Assembly (NCBI GenBank): GCA_032718475.1
Contig: JAUCBJ010005307.1
Span: forward strand, 1 to 64,000
Length of the DNA stretch: 64,000 nt
Source of the DNA: Nemertoderma westbladi
Taxonomy: Eukaryota; Animalia; Xenacoelomorpha
Direction: 5' to 3'
Shown: positions 12,501-25,700 of the stretch, piece by piece
Position numbering within the stretch: the first letter of the stretch is position 1
How the letters are laid out: every line of letters starts with the position of its first letter
Notes under the pieces: generated by a model
Told to the model about the DNA's origin: nothing
Seen by the model: only the letters and a program-made list of their open reading frames with translations
Database searches by the model: none
Made by a program: the position numbers and the translations under genes

Positions 12501-12999
12501 AGCATATCAATCAGTAGGTCTACAGGAGCATATCAATCAGTAGGTCTACAGGAGCATATCAATCAGTAGGTCTACAGGAGCATATCAGTCAGTAGGTCTA
12601 CAGGAGCATATCAATCAGTAGGTCTACAGGAGCATATCAGTCAGTAGGTCTACAGGAGCATATCAATCAGTAGGTCTACAGGAGCATATCAATCAGTAGG
12701 TCTACAGGAGCATATCAGTCAGTAGGTCTACAGGAGCATATCAATCAGTAGGTCTACAGGAGCATATCAATCAGTAGGTCTACAGGAGCATATCAATCAG
12801 TAGGTCTACAGGAGCATATCAGTCAGTAGGTCTACAAGAGCATATCAATCAGTAGGTCTACAGGAGCATATCAATCAGTAGGTCTACAAGAGCATATCAA
12901 TCAGTAGGTCTACAGGAGCATATCAATCAGTAGGTCTACAGGAGCATATCAATCAGTAGGTCTACAGGAGCATATCAATCAGTAGGTCTACAGGAGCAT

Positions 13000-15880
13000 A
13001 TCAATCAGTAGGTCTACAGGAGCATATCAGTCAGTAGGTCTACAAGAGCATATCAATCAGTAGGTCTACAGGAGCATATCAATCAGTAGGTCTACAGGAG
13101 CATATCAATCAGTAGGTCTACAGGAGCATATCAATCAGTAGGTCTACAGGAGCATATCAATCAGTAGGTCTACAAGAGCATATCAATCAGTAGGTCTACA
13201 GGAGCATATCAATCAGTAGGTCTACAGGAGCATATCAATCAGTAGGTCTACAGGAGCATATCAATCAGTAGGTCTACAGGAGCATATCAACAATAAGTAG
13301 ATCTACAGAAGCATATCAATCAGTAGGTCTACAGGAGCATATCAATCAGTAGGTCTACAGGAGCATATCAATCAGTAGGTCTACAGGAGCATATCAATCA
13401 GTAGGTCTACAGGAGCATATCAATCAGTAGGTCTACAGGAGCATATCAACAATAAGTAGATCTACAGAAGCATATCAATCAGTAGGTCTACAGGAGCATA
13501 TCAATCAGTAGGTCTACAGGAGCATATCAATCAGTAGGTCTACAGGAGCAAATCAATCAGTAGGTCTACAGGAGCATATCAATCAGTAGATCTACAGGAG
13601 CATATCAATCAGTAGGTCTACAAGAGCATATCAATCAGTAGGTCTACAGGAGCATATCAATCAGTAGGTCTACAGGAGCATATCAATCAGTAGGTCTACA
13701 GGAGCATATCAATCAGTAGGTCTACAGGAGCATATCAATCAGTAGGTCTACAAGAGCATATCAATCAGTAGGTCTACAGGAGCATATCAATCAGTAGGTC
13801 TACAGGAGCATATCAATCAGTAGGTCTACAGGAGCATATCAATCAGTAGGTCTACAGGAGCATATCAATCAGTAGGTCTACAGGAGCATATCAGTCAGTA
13901 GGTCTACAAGAGCATATCAATCAGTAGGTCTACAGGAGCATATCAATCAGTAGGTCTACAGGAGCATATCAATCAGTAGGTCTACAGGAGCATATCAATC
14001 AGTAGGTCTACAGGAGCATATCAATCAGTAGGTCTACAAGAGCATATCAATCAGTAGGTCTACAGGAGCATATCAATCAGTAGGTCTACAGGAGCATATC
14101 AATCAGTAGGTCTACAGGAGCATATCAATCAGTAGGTCTACAGGAGCATATCAACAATAAGTAGATCTACAGAAGCATATCAATCAGTAGGTCTACAGGA
14201 GCATATCAATCAGTAGGTCTACAGGAGCATATCAATCAGTAGGTCTACAGGAGCATATCAATCAGTAGGTCTACAGGAGCATATCAATCAGTAGGTCTAC
14301 AGGAGCATATCAACAATAAGTAGATCTACAGAAGCATATCAATCAGTAGGTCTACAGGAGCATATCAATCAGTAGGTCTACAGGAGCATATCAATCAGTA
14401 GGTCTACAGGAGCAAATCAATCAGTAGGTCTACAGGAGCATATCAATCAGTAGATCTACAGGAGCATATCAATCAGTAGGTCTACAGGAGCATATCAATC
14501 AGTAGGTCTACAAGAGCATATCAATCAGTAGGTCTACAGGAGCATATCAATCAGAAGGTCTACAGGAGCATATCAATCAGTAGGTCTACAGGAGCATATC
14601 AATTAGTAGGTCTACAGGAGCATATCAATCAGTAGGTCTACAGTAGCATATCAATCAGTAGGTCTACAAGAGATCAATCAGTAGGTCAACAGGAGCATAT
14701 CAATCAGTAGGTCTACAAGAGCATATCAATCAGAAGGTCTACAGGAGCATATCAATCAGTAGGTCTACAAGAGCATATCAATCAGTAGGTCTACAGGAGC
14801 ATATCAATCAGAAGGTCTACAGGAGCATATCAATCAGTAGGTCTACAGGAGCATATCAATCAGTAGGTCTACAGGAGCATATCAATCAGTAGGTCTACAG
14901 GAGCATATCAATCAGTAGGTCTACAGGAGCATATCAGTCAGTAGGTCTACAAGAGCATATCAATCAGTAGGTCTACAGGAGCATATCAATCAGTAGGTCT
15001 ACAGGAGCATATCAATCAGTAGGTCTACAGGAGCATATCAATCAGTAGGTCTACAGGAGCATATCAATCAGTAGGTCTACAAGAGCATATCAATCAGTAG
15101 GTCTACAGGAGCATATCAATCAGTAGGTCTACAGGAGCATATCAATCAGTAGGTCTACAGGAGCATATCAATCAGTAGGTCTACAGGAGCATATCAACAA
15201 TAAGTAGATCTACAGAAGCATATCAATCAGTAGGTCTACAGGAGCATATCAATCAGTAGGTCTACAGGAGCATATCAATCAGTAGGTCTACAGGAGCATA
15301 TCAATCAGTAGGTCTACAGGAGCATATCAATCAGTAGGTCTACAGGAGCATATCAACAATAAGTAGATCTACAGAAGCATATCAATCAGTAGGTCTACAG
15401 GAGCATATCAATCAGTAGGTCTACAGGAGCATATCAATCAGTAGGTCTACAGGAGCAAATCAATCAGTAGGTCTACAGGAGCATATCAATCAGTAGATCT
15501 ACAGGAGCATATCAATCAGTAGGTCTACAGGAGCATATCAATCAGTAGGTCTACAAGAGCATATCAATCAGTAGGTCTACAGGAGCATATCAATCAGAAG
15601 GTCTACAGGAGCATATCAATCAGTAGGTCTACAGGAGCATATCAATTAGTAGGTCTACAGGAGCATATCAATCAGTAGGTCTACAGTAGCATATCAATCA
15701 GTAGGTCTACAAGAGATCAATCAGTAGGTCAACAGGAGCATATCAATCAGTAGGTCTACAAGAGCATATCAATCAGAAGGTCTACAGGAGCATATCAATC
15801 AGTAGGTCTACAAGAGCATATCAATCAGTAGGTCTACAGGAGCATATCAATAAGAAGGTCTACAGGAGCATATCAATCAG
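13000..15880 (+). repeat. Local higher-order repeat: three related blocks at offsets of 864 and 1043 bp
   Basis: The rare variant AGCAAATC occurs at 13547, 14411 and 15454. CAGTAGCATA followed by the 3-bp-deleted unit AAGAGATCAATC occurs at 14641 and 15684 (offset 1043 = 40 x 26 + 3). Confidence 0.85.
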
Positions 15881-18800
15881 TAGGTCTACAGGAGCATATC
15901 AATCAGTAGGTCTACAGGAGCATATCAATCAGTAGGTCTACAGGAGCATATCAATCAGTAGGTCTACAGGAGCATATCAATCAGTAGGTCTACAGGAGCA
16001 TATCAATCAGTAGGTCTACAGGAGCATATCAATCAGTAGGTCTACAGGAGCATATCAATCAGTAGGTCTACAGGAGCATATCAACAATAAGTAGATCTAC
16101 AGAAGCATATCAACAATAAGTAGATCTACAGAAGCATATCAACAATAAGTAGATCTACAGAAGCATATCAACAATAAGTAGATCTACAGGAGCATATCAA
16201 TCAGTAGGTCTACAGGAGCATATCAATCAGTAGGTCTACAGGAGCATATCAATCAGTAGGTCTACAGGAGCATATCAACAATAAGTAGATCTACAGAAGC
16301 ATATCAATCAGTAGATCTACAGGAGCATATCAATCAGTAGGTCTACAGGAGCATATCAATCAGTAGGTCTACAGGAGCATATCAACAATAAGTAGATCTA
16401 CAGAAGCATATCAATCAGTAGGTCTACAGGAGCATATCAATCAGTAGGTCTACAGGAGCATATCAACAATAAGTAGATCTACAGAAGCATATCAATCAGT
16501 AGGTCTACAGGAGCATATCAATCAGTAGGTCTACAGGAGCATATCAACAATAAGTAGATCTACAGAAGCATATCAATCAGTAGATCTACAGGAGCATATC
16601 AATCAGTAGGTCTACAGGAGCATATCAATCAGTAGGTCTACAGGAGCATATCAATCAGTAGGTCTACAAGAGCATATCATCAATCAGTAGATCTACAGGA
16701 GCATATCAATCAGTAGGTCTACAGGAGCATATCAATCAGTAGGTCTACAGGAGCATATCAGTCAGTAGGTCTACAGGAGCATATCAGTCAGTAGGTCTAC
16801 AGGAGCATATCAATCAGTAGATCTACAGGAGCATATCAGTCAGTAGGTCTACAGGAGCATATCAACAATAAGTAGATCTACAGAAGCATATCAATCAGTA
16901 GGTCTACAGGAGCATATCAGTCAGTAGGTCTACAGGAGCATATCAATCAGTAGGTCTACAGGAGCATATCAACAATAAGTAGATCTACAGAAGCATATCA
17001 ATCAGTAGGTCTACAGGAGCATATCAGTCAGTAGGTCTACAGGAGCATATCAATCAGTAGGTCTACAGGAGCATATCAATCAGTAGGTCTACAGGAGCAT
17101 ATCAATCAGTAGGTCTACAGGAGCATATCAGTCAGTAGGTCTACAGGAGCATATCAATCAGTAGGTCTACAGGAGCATATCAACAATAAGTAGATCTACA
17201 GAAGCATATCAATCAGTAGGTCTACAGGAGCATATCAGTCAGTAGGTCTACAGGAGCATATCAATCAGTAGGTCTACAGGAGCATATCAATCAGTAGGTC
17301 TACAGGAGCATATCAGTCAGTAGGTCTACAGGAGCATATCAGTCAGTAGGTCTACAGGAGCATATCAATCAGTAGGTCTACAGGAGCATATCAACAATAA
17401 GTAGATCTACAGAAGCATATCAATCAGTAGGTCTACAGGAGCATATCAGTCAGTAGGTCTACAGGAGCATATCAATCAGTAGGTCTACAGGAGCATATCA
17501 ATCAGTAGGTCTACAGGAGCATATCAATCAGTAGGTCTACAGGAGCATATCAATCAGTAGGTCTACAGGAGCATATCAATCAGTAGGTCTACAGGTGCAT
17601 ATCAATCAGTAGGTCTACAGGAGCATATCAATCAGTAGGTCTACAGGAGCATATCAGTCAGTAGGTCTACAGGAGCATATCAGTCAGTAGGTCTACAGGA
17701 GCATATCAATCAGTAGGTCTACAGGAGCATATCAATCAGTAGATCTACAGGAACATATCAATCAGTAGGTCTACAGGAGCATATCAGTCAGTAGGTCTAC
17801 AGGAGCATATCAGTCAGTAGGTCTACAGGAGCATATCAATCAGTAGGTCTACAGGAGCATATCAACAATAAGTAGATCTACAGAAGCATATCAATCAGTA
17901 GGTCTACAGGAGCATATCAGTCAGTAGGTCTACAGGAGCATATCAGTCAGTAGGTCTACAGGAGCATATCAATCAGTAGGTCTACAGGAGCATATCAATC
18001 AGTAGGTCTACAAGAGCATATAAATCAGTAGATCTACAGGAACATATCAATCAGTAGGTCTACAGGAGCATATCAATCAGTAGGTCTACAAGAGCATATA
18101 AATCAGTAGATCTACAGGAACATATCAATCAGTAGATCTACAGGAACATATCAATCAGTAGGTCTACAGGAGCATATCAGTCAGTAGGTCTACAGGAGCA
18201 TATCAGTCAGTAGGTCTACAGGAGCATATCAATCAGTAGGTCTACAGGAGCATATCAGTCAGTAGGTCTACAGGAGCATATCAATCAGTAGGTCTACAGG
18301 AGCATATCAATCAGTAGGTCTACAGGAGCATATCAATCAGTAGATCTACAGGAACATATCAATCAGTAGGTCTACAGGAGCATATCAGTCAGTAGGTCTA
18401 CAGGAGCATATCAGTCAGTAGGTCTACAGGAGCATATCAATCAGTAGGTCTACAGGAGCATATCAACAATAAGTAGATCTACAGAAGCATATCAATCAGT
18501 AGGTCTACAGGAACATATCAGTCAGTAGGTCTACAGGAGCATATCAGTCAGTAGGTCTACAGGAGCATATCAATCAGTAGGTCTACAGGAGCATATCAAT
18601 CAGTAGGTCTACAAGAGCATATAAATCAGTAGATCTACAGGAACATATCAATCAGTAGGTCTACAGGAGCATATCAATCAGTAGGTCTACTAGAGCATAT
18701 CAATCAGTAGGTCTACAGGAGCATATCAGTCAGTAGGTCTACAGGAGCATATCAATCAGTAGGTCTACAGGAGCATATCAGTCAGTAGGTCTACAGGAGC

Positions 18801-21800
18801 ATATCAGTCAGTAGGTCTACAGGAGCATATCAATCAGTAGGTCTACAGGAGCATATCAATCAGTAGGTCTACAGGAGCATATCAACAATAAGTAGATCTA
18901 CAGAAGCATATCAATCAGTAGGTCTACAGGAGCATATCAATCAGTAGGTCTACAGGAGCATATCAACAATAAGTAGATCTACAGGAGCATATCAATCAGT
19001 AGGTCTACAGGAGCATATCAATCAGTAGGTCTACAAGAGCATATCATCAATCAGTAGATCTACAGGAGCATATCAATCAGTAGGTCTACAGGAGCATATC
19101 AATCAGTAGGTCTACAGGAGCATATCAGTCAGTAGGTCTACAGGAGCATATCAGTCAGTAGTTCTACAGGAGCATATCAATCAGTAGGTCTACAGGAGCA
19201 TATCAATCAGTAGGTCTACAAGAGCATATCATCAATCAGTAGATCTACAGGAGCATATCAATCAGTAGGTCTACAGGAGCATATCAATCAGTAGGTCTAC
19301 AGGAGCATATCAGTCAGTAGGTCTACAGGAGCATATCAGTCAGTAGTTCTACAGGAGCATATCAATCAGTAGGTCTACAGGAGCATATCAATCAGTAGGT
19401 CTACAGGAGCATATCAGTCAGTAGATCTACAGGGGCATATCAATCAGTAGGTCTACAGGGGCATATCAGTCAGTAGATCTACAGGGGCATATCAATCAGT
19501 AGGTCTACAGGGGCATATCAATCAGTAGGTCTACAGGAGCATATCAATGAGTAGGTCAACAGGAGCATATCAATCAGTAGGTCTACAGGAGCATATCAAT
19601 CAGTAGGTCTACAGGAGCATATCAATCAGTAGGTCTACAGGAGCATATCAATCAGTAGGTCTACAGGAGCATATCAATCAGTAGGTCTACAGGAGCATAT
19701 CAGTCAGTAGGTCTACAGGAGCATATCAGTCAGTAGATCTACAGGGGCATATCAATCAGTAGGTCTACAGGAGCATATCAATCAGTAGGTCTACAGGAGC
19801 ATATCAATCAGTAGATCTACAGGAGCATATCAGTCAGTAGGTCTACAGGGGCATATCAGTCAGTAGATCTACAGGAACATATCAATCAGTAGGTCTACAG
19901 GGGCATATCAATCAGTAGGTCTACAGGAGCATATCAATGAGTAGGTCTACAGGAGCATATCAATCAGTAGGTCTACAGGAGCATATCAATCAGTAGGTCT
20001 ACAGGGGCATATCAATCAGTAGGTCTACAGGAGCATATCAATGAGTAGGTCTACAGGAGCATATCAATCAGTAGGTCTACAGGAGCATATCAATCAGTAG
20101 GTCTACAGGAGCATATCAATCAGTAGATCTACAGGAGCATATCAGTCAGTAGGTCTACAGGGGCATATCAATCAGTAGGTCTACAGGGGCATATCAGTCA
20201 GTAGATCTACAGGAACATATCAATCAGTAGGTCTACAGGGGCATATCAATCAGTAGGTCTACAGGAGCATATCAATGAGTAGGTCTACAGGAGCATATCA
20301 ATCAGTAGGTCTACAGGAGCATATCAATCAGTAGGTCTACAGGAGCATATCAATCAGTAGGTCTACAGGAGCATATCAATCAGTAGGTCTACAGGAGCAT
20401 ATCAATCAGTAGGTCTACAGGAGCATATCAGTCAGTAGATCTACAGGGGCATATCAATCAGTAGGTCTACAGGAGCATATCAATCAGTAGGTCTACAGGA
20501 GCATATCAATCAGTAGGTCTACAGGAGCATATCAATCAGTAGGTCTACAGGAGCATATCAATCAGTAGGTCTACAGGAGCATATCAGTCAGTAGGTCTAC
20601 AAGAGCATATCAATCAGTAGGTCTACAGGAGCATATCAATCAGTAGGTCTACAGGAGCATATCAATCAGTAGGTCTACAGGAGCATATCAGTCAGTAGAT
20701 CTACAGGGGCATATCAATCAGTAGGTCTACAGGAGCATATCAATCAGTAGGTCTACAGGAGCATATCAATCAGTAGGTCTACAGGAGCATATCAATCAGT
20801 AGGTCTACAGGAGCATATCAGTCAGTAGATCTACAGGGGCATATCAATCAGTAGGTCTACAGGAGCATATCAATCAGTAGGTCTACAGGAGCATATCAAT
20901 CAGTAGGTCTACAGGAGCATATCAATCAGTAGGTCTACAGGAGCATATCAATCAGTAGGTCTACAGGAGCATATCAATCAGTAGGTCTACAGGAGCATAT
21001 CAATCAGTAGGTCTACAGGAGCATATCAATCAGTAGGTCTACAGGAGCATATCAATCAGTAGGTCTACAGGAGCATATCAGTCAGTAGGTCTACAGGAGC
21101 ATATCAATCAGTAGGTCTACAGGAGCATATCAATCAGTAGGTCTACAGGAGCATATCAATCAGTAGGTCTACAGGAGCATATCAATCAGTAGGTCTACAG
21201 GAGCATATCAACAATAAGTAGATCTACAGAAGCATATCAATCAGTAGGTCTACAGGAGCATATCAATCAGTAGGTCTACAGGAGCATATCAGTCAGTAGG
21301 TCTACAGGAGCATATCAATCAGTAGGTCTACAGGAGCATATCAATCAGTAGGTCTACAGGAGCATATCAGTCAGTAGGTCTACAGGAGCATATCAATCAG
21401 TAGGTCTACAGAAGCATATCAATCAGTAGGTCTACAGGAGCATATCAATCAGTAGGTCTACAGGAGCATATCAGTCAGTAGGTCTACAGGAGCATATCAA
21501 TCAGTAGGTCTACAGGAGCATATCAATCAGTAGGTCTACAGGAGCATATCAATCAGTAGGTCTACAGGAGCATATCAATCAGTAGGTCTACAGGAGCATA
21601 TCAATCAGTAGGTCTACAGGAGCATATCAGTCAGTAGGTCTACAGGAGCATATCAATCAGTAGGTCTACAGGAGCATATCAATCAGTAGGTCTACAGGAG
21701 CATATCAATCAGTAGGTTTACAGGAGCATATCAATCAGTAGGTCTACAGGAGCATATCAATCAGTAGGTCTACAGGAGCATATCAATCAGTAGATCTACA

Positions 21801-22786
21801 GGAGCATATCAATCAGTAGATCTACAGGAGCATATCAATCAGTAGGTTTACAGGAGCATATCAATCAGTAGGTCTACAGGTGCATATCAATCAGTAGGTC
21901 TACAGGAGCATATCAATCAGTAGTTCTAAAGGGAGCATATCAATCAGTAGGTTTACAGGAGCATATCAATCAGTAGGTCTACAGGTGCATATCAATCAGT
22001 AGATCTACAGGAGCATATCAATCAGTAGGTTTACAGGAGCATATCAATCAGTAGGTCTACAGGTGCATATCAATCAGTAGGTCAACAGGAGCATATCAAT
22101 CAGTAGGTCTACAGGTGCATATCAATCAGTAGATCTACAGGAGCATATCAATCAGTAGGTCTACAAGAGCATATAAATCAGTAGATCTACAGGAACATAT
22201 CAACAATCAGTAGATCTACATGAGCATATCAATCAGTAGGTTTACAGGAGCATATCAATCAGTAGGTCTACAGGTGCATATCAATCAGTAGGTCAACAGG
22301 AGCATATCAATCAGTAGGTCTACAGGTGCATATCAATCAGTAGATCTACAGGAGCATATCAATCAGTAGGTTTACAGGAGCATATCAATCAGTAGGTCTA
22401 CAGGTGCATATCAATCAGTAGGTCAACAGGAGCATATCAATCAGTAGGTCTACAGGTGCATATCAATCAGTAGATCTACAGGAGCATATCAATCAGTAGG
22501 TCTACAAGAGCATATAAATCAGTAGATCTACAGGAACATATCAACAATCAGTAGATCTACAGGAGCATATCAACAATCAGTAGATCTACATGAGCATATC
22601 AATGAGTAGGTCTACAGGAGCATATCAATCAGTAGGTCTACAGGAGCATATCAATCAGTAGGTCTACAGGAGCATATCAATCAGTAGGTCTACAGGAGCA
22701 TATCAATCAGTAGGTCTACAAGAGCATATCAATCAGTAGATCTACAAGAGCATATAAATCAGTAGTTCTACAGGAGCATATCAATG

Positions 22787-25700
22787 AGTAGATCTACAGG
22801 AACATATCAATCAGTAGGTCTACAGGAGCATATCAATCAGTAGGTCTACAGGAGCATATCAATCAGTAGGTCTACAAGAGCATATAAATCAGTAGATCTA
22901 CAGGAGCATATCAATCAGTAGGTCAACAGGAGCATATCAATCAGTAGGTCTACAGGAGCATATCAATCCGTAGATCTACAAGAGCATATAAATCAGTAGA
23001 TCTACAGGAGCATATCAATCAGTAGGTCTACAGGAGCATATCAATCAGTAGATCTACAGGAACATATCAATCAGTAGGTCTACAGGAGCATATCAATCAG
23101 TAGGTCTACAGGAGCATATCAATCAGTAGGTCTACAAGAGCATATAAATCAGTAGATCTACAGGAACATATCAATCAGTAGGTCTACAGGAGCATATCAA
23201 TCAGTAGATATACAGGAACATATCAATCAGTAGATATACAGGAACATATCAATCAGTAGATCTACAGGAACATATCAATCAGTAGGTCTACAGGAGCATA
23301 TCAATCAGTAGGTCTACAGGAGCATATCAATCAGTAGGTCTACAGGAGCATATCAATCAGTAGGTCTACAAGAGCATATAAATCAGTAGATCTACAGGAA
23401 CATATCAATCAGTAGGTCTACAGGAGCATATCAATCAGTAGGTTTACAGGAGCATATCAATCAGTAGGTCTACAGGAGCATATAAATCAGTAGATCTACA
23501 GGAACATATCAATCAGTAGGTCTACAGGAACATATCAATCAGTAGGTCTACAGGAGCATATCAATCAGTAGGTCTACAGGAGCATATCAATCAGTAGGTC
23601 TACAAGAGCATATAAATCAGTAGATCTACAGGAACATATCAATCAGTAGGTCTACAGGAGCATATCAATCAGTAGGTTTACAGGAGCATATCAATCAGTA
23701 GGTCTACAGGAGCATATAAATCAGTAGGTCTACAGGAACATATCAATCAGTAGGTCTACAGGAGCATATCATTCAGTAGGTCTACAGGAGCATATCAATC
23801 AGTAGGTCTACAGGAGCATAGCAATCAGTAGGTCTACAGGAGCATATCAATCACTAGGTCTACAGGAGCAATCAATCAGTAGATCTACAGGAGCATATCA
23901 ATCAGTAGGTTTACAGGAGCATATCAATCAGTAGGTCTACAGGAGCATATCAATCAGTAGGTCTACAGGAGCATATCAACAATCAGTAGATCTACAGGAG
24001 CATATCAATCAGTAGGTTTACAGGAGCATATCAATCAGTAGATCTACAGGAGCATATCAATCAGTAGGTCTACAGGAGCATATCAATAAGTAGGTTTACA
24101 GGAGCATATCAATCAGTAGGTTTACAGGAGCATATCAATCAGTAGGTTTACAGGAGCATATCAATCAGTAGGTTTACAGGAGCATATCAATCAGTAGGTT
24201 TACAGGAGCATATCAATCAGTAGGTTTACAGGAGCATATCAATCAGTAGGTTTACAGGAGCATATCAATCAGTAGATCTACAGAAACATATCAATCAGTA
24301 GGTCTACAGGAGCATATCATTCAGTAGGTCTACAGGAGCATATCAATCAGTAGGTCTACAGGAGCATATAAATCAGTAGATCTACAGGAACATATCAATC
24401 AGTAGGTCTACAGGAGCATATCAATCAGTAGGTCTACAGGAGCATATCAATCAGTAGGTCTACAGGAGCATATCAATCAGTAGTTCTACAGGAGCATATC
24501 AATCAGTAGGTCTACAGGAGCATATCAATCAGTAGGTCTACAAGAGCATATGAATCAGTAGGTCTACAGGAGCATATCAATCATTAGGTCTACAGGAGCA
24601 TATCGATCAGTAGGTCTACAGGAGCATATCAATCAGTAGGTCTACAGGAGCATAGCAATCAGTAGGTTTACAGGAGCATATCAATCAGTAGGTCTACAGG
24701 GGCATATCAATCAGTAGGTCTACAGGAGCATATCAATCAGTAGTTCTACAGGAGCATATCAATCAGTAGGTCTACAGGAGCATATCAATCAGTAGGTCTA
24801 CAAGAGCATATGAATCAGTAGGTCTACAGGAGCATATCAATCAGTAGGTTTACAGGAGCATATCAATCAGTAGGTCTACAGGGGCATATCAATCAGTAGG
24901 TCTACAGGAGCATATCAATCAGTAGTTCTACAGGAGCATATCAATCAGTAGGTCTACAGGAGCATATCAATCAGTAGGTCTACAAGAGCATATGAATCAG
25001 TAGGTCTACAGGAGCATATCAATCAGTAGATATACAGGAACATATCAATCAGTAGATATACAGGAGCATATCAATCAGTAGATCTACAGGAGCATATCAA
25101 TCAGTAGGTCTACATGAGTATATCGATCAGTAGGTCTACAGGAGCATATCAATCAGTAGGTCTACAGGAGCATAGCAATCAGTAGGTCTACAGGAGCATA
25201 TCAATCAGTAGGTCTACACGAGCATATGAATCAGTAGTAGGTCTACAGGAGCATATCAATCAGTAGGTCTACAGGAGTATATCGATCAGTAGGTCTACAG
25301 GAGCATATCAATCAGTAGGTCTACAGGAGCATATCAATCAGTAGGTCTACAGGAGCATATCAATCAGTAGGTCTACAGGAGCATATCAATCAGTAGGTCT
25401 ACAGGAGCATATCAATCAGTAGGTCTACAAGAGCATATGAATCAGTAGGTCTACAGGAGCATATCAATCAGTAGGTCTACAGGAGCATATCGATCAGTAG
25501 GTCTACAGGAGCATATCAATCAGTAGGTCTACAGGAGCATATCAATCAGTAGGTCTACAGGAGCATATCAATCAGTAGGTCTACAAGAGCATATGAATCA
25601 GTAGGTCTACAAGAGCATATGAATCAGTAGGTCTACAGGAGCATATCAATCAGTAGGTCTACAGGAGCATATCGATCAGTAGGTCTACAGGAGCATATCA

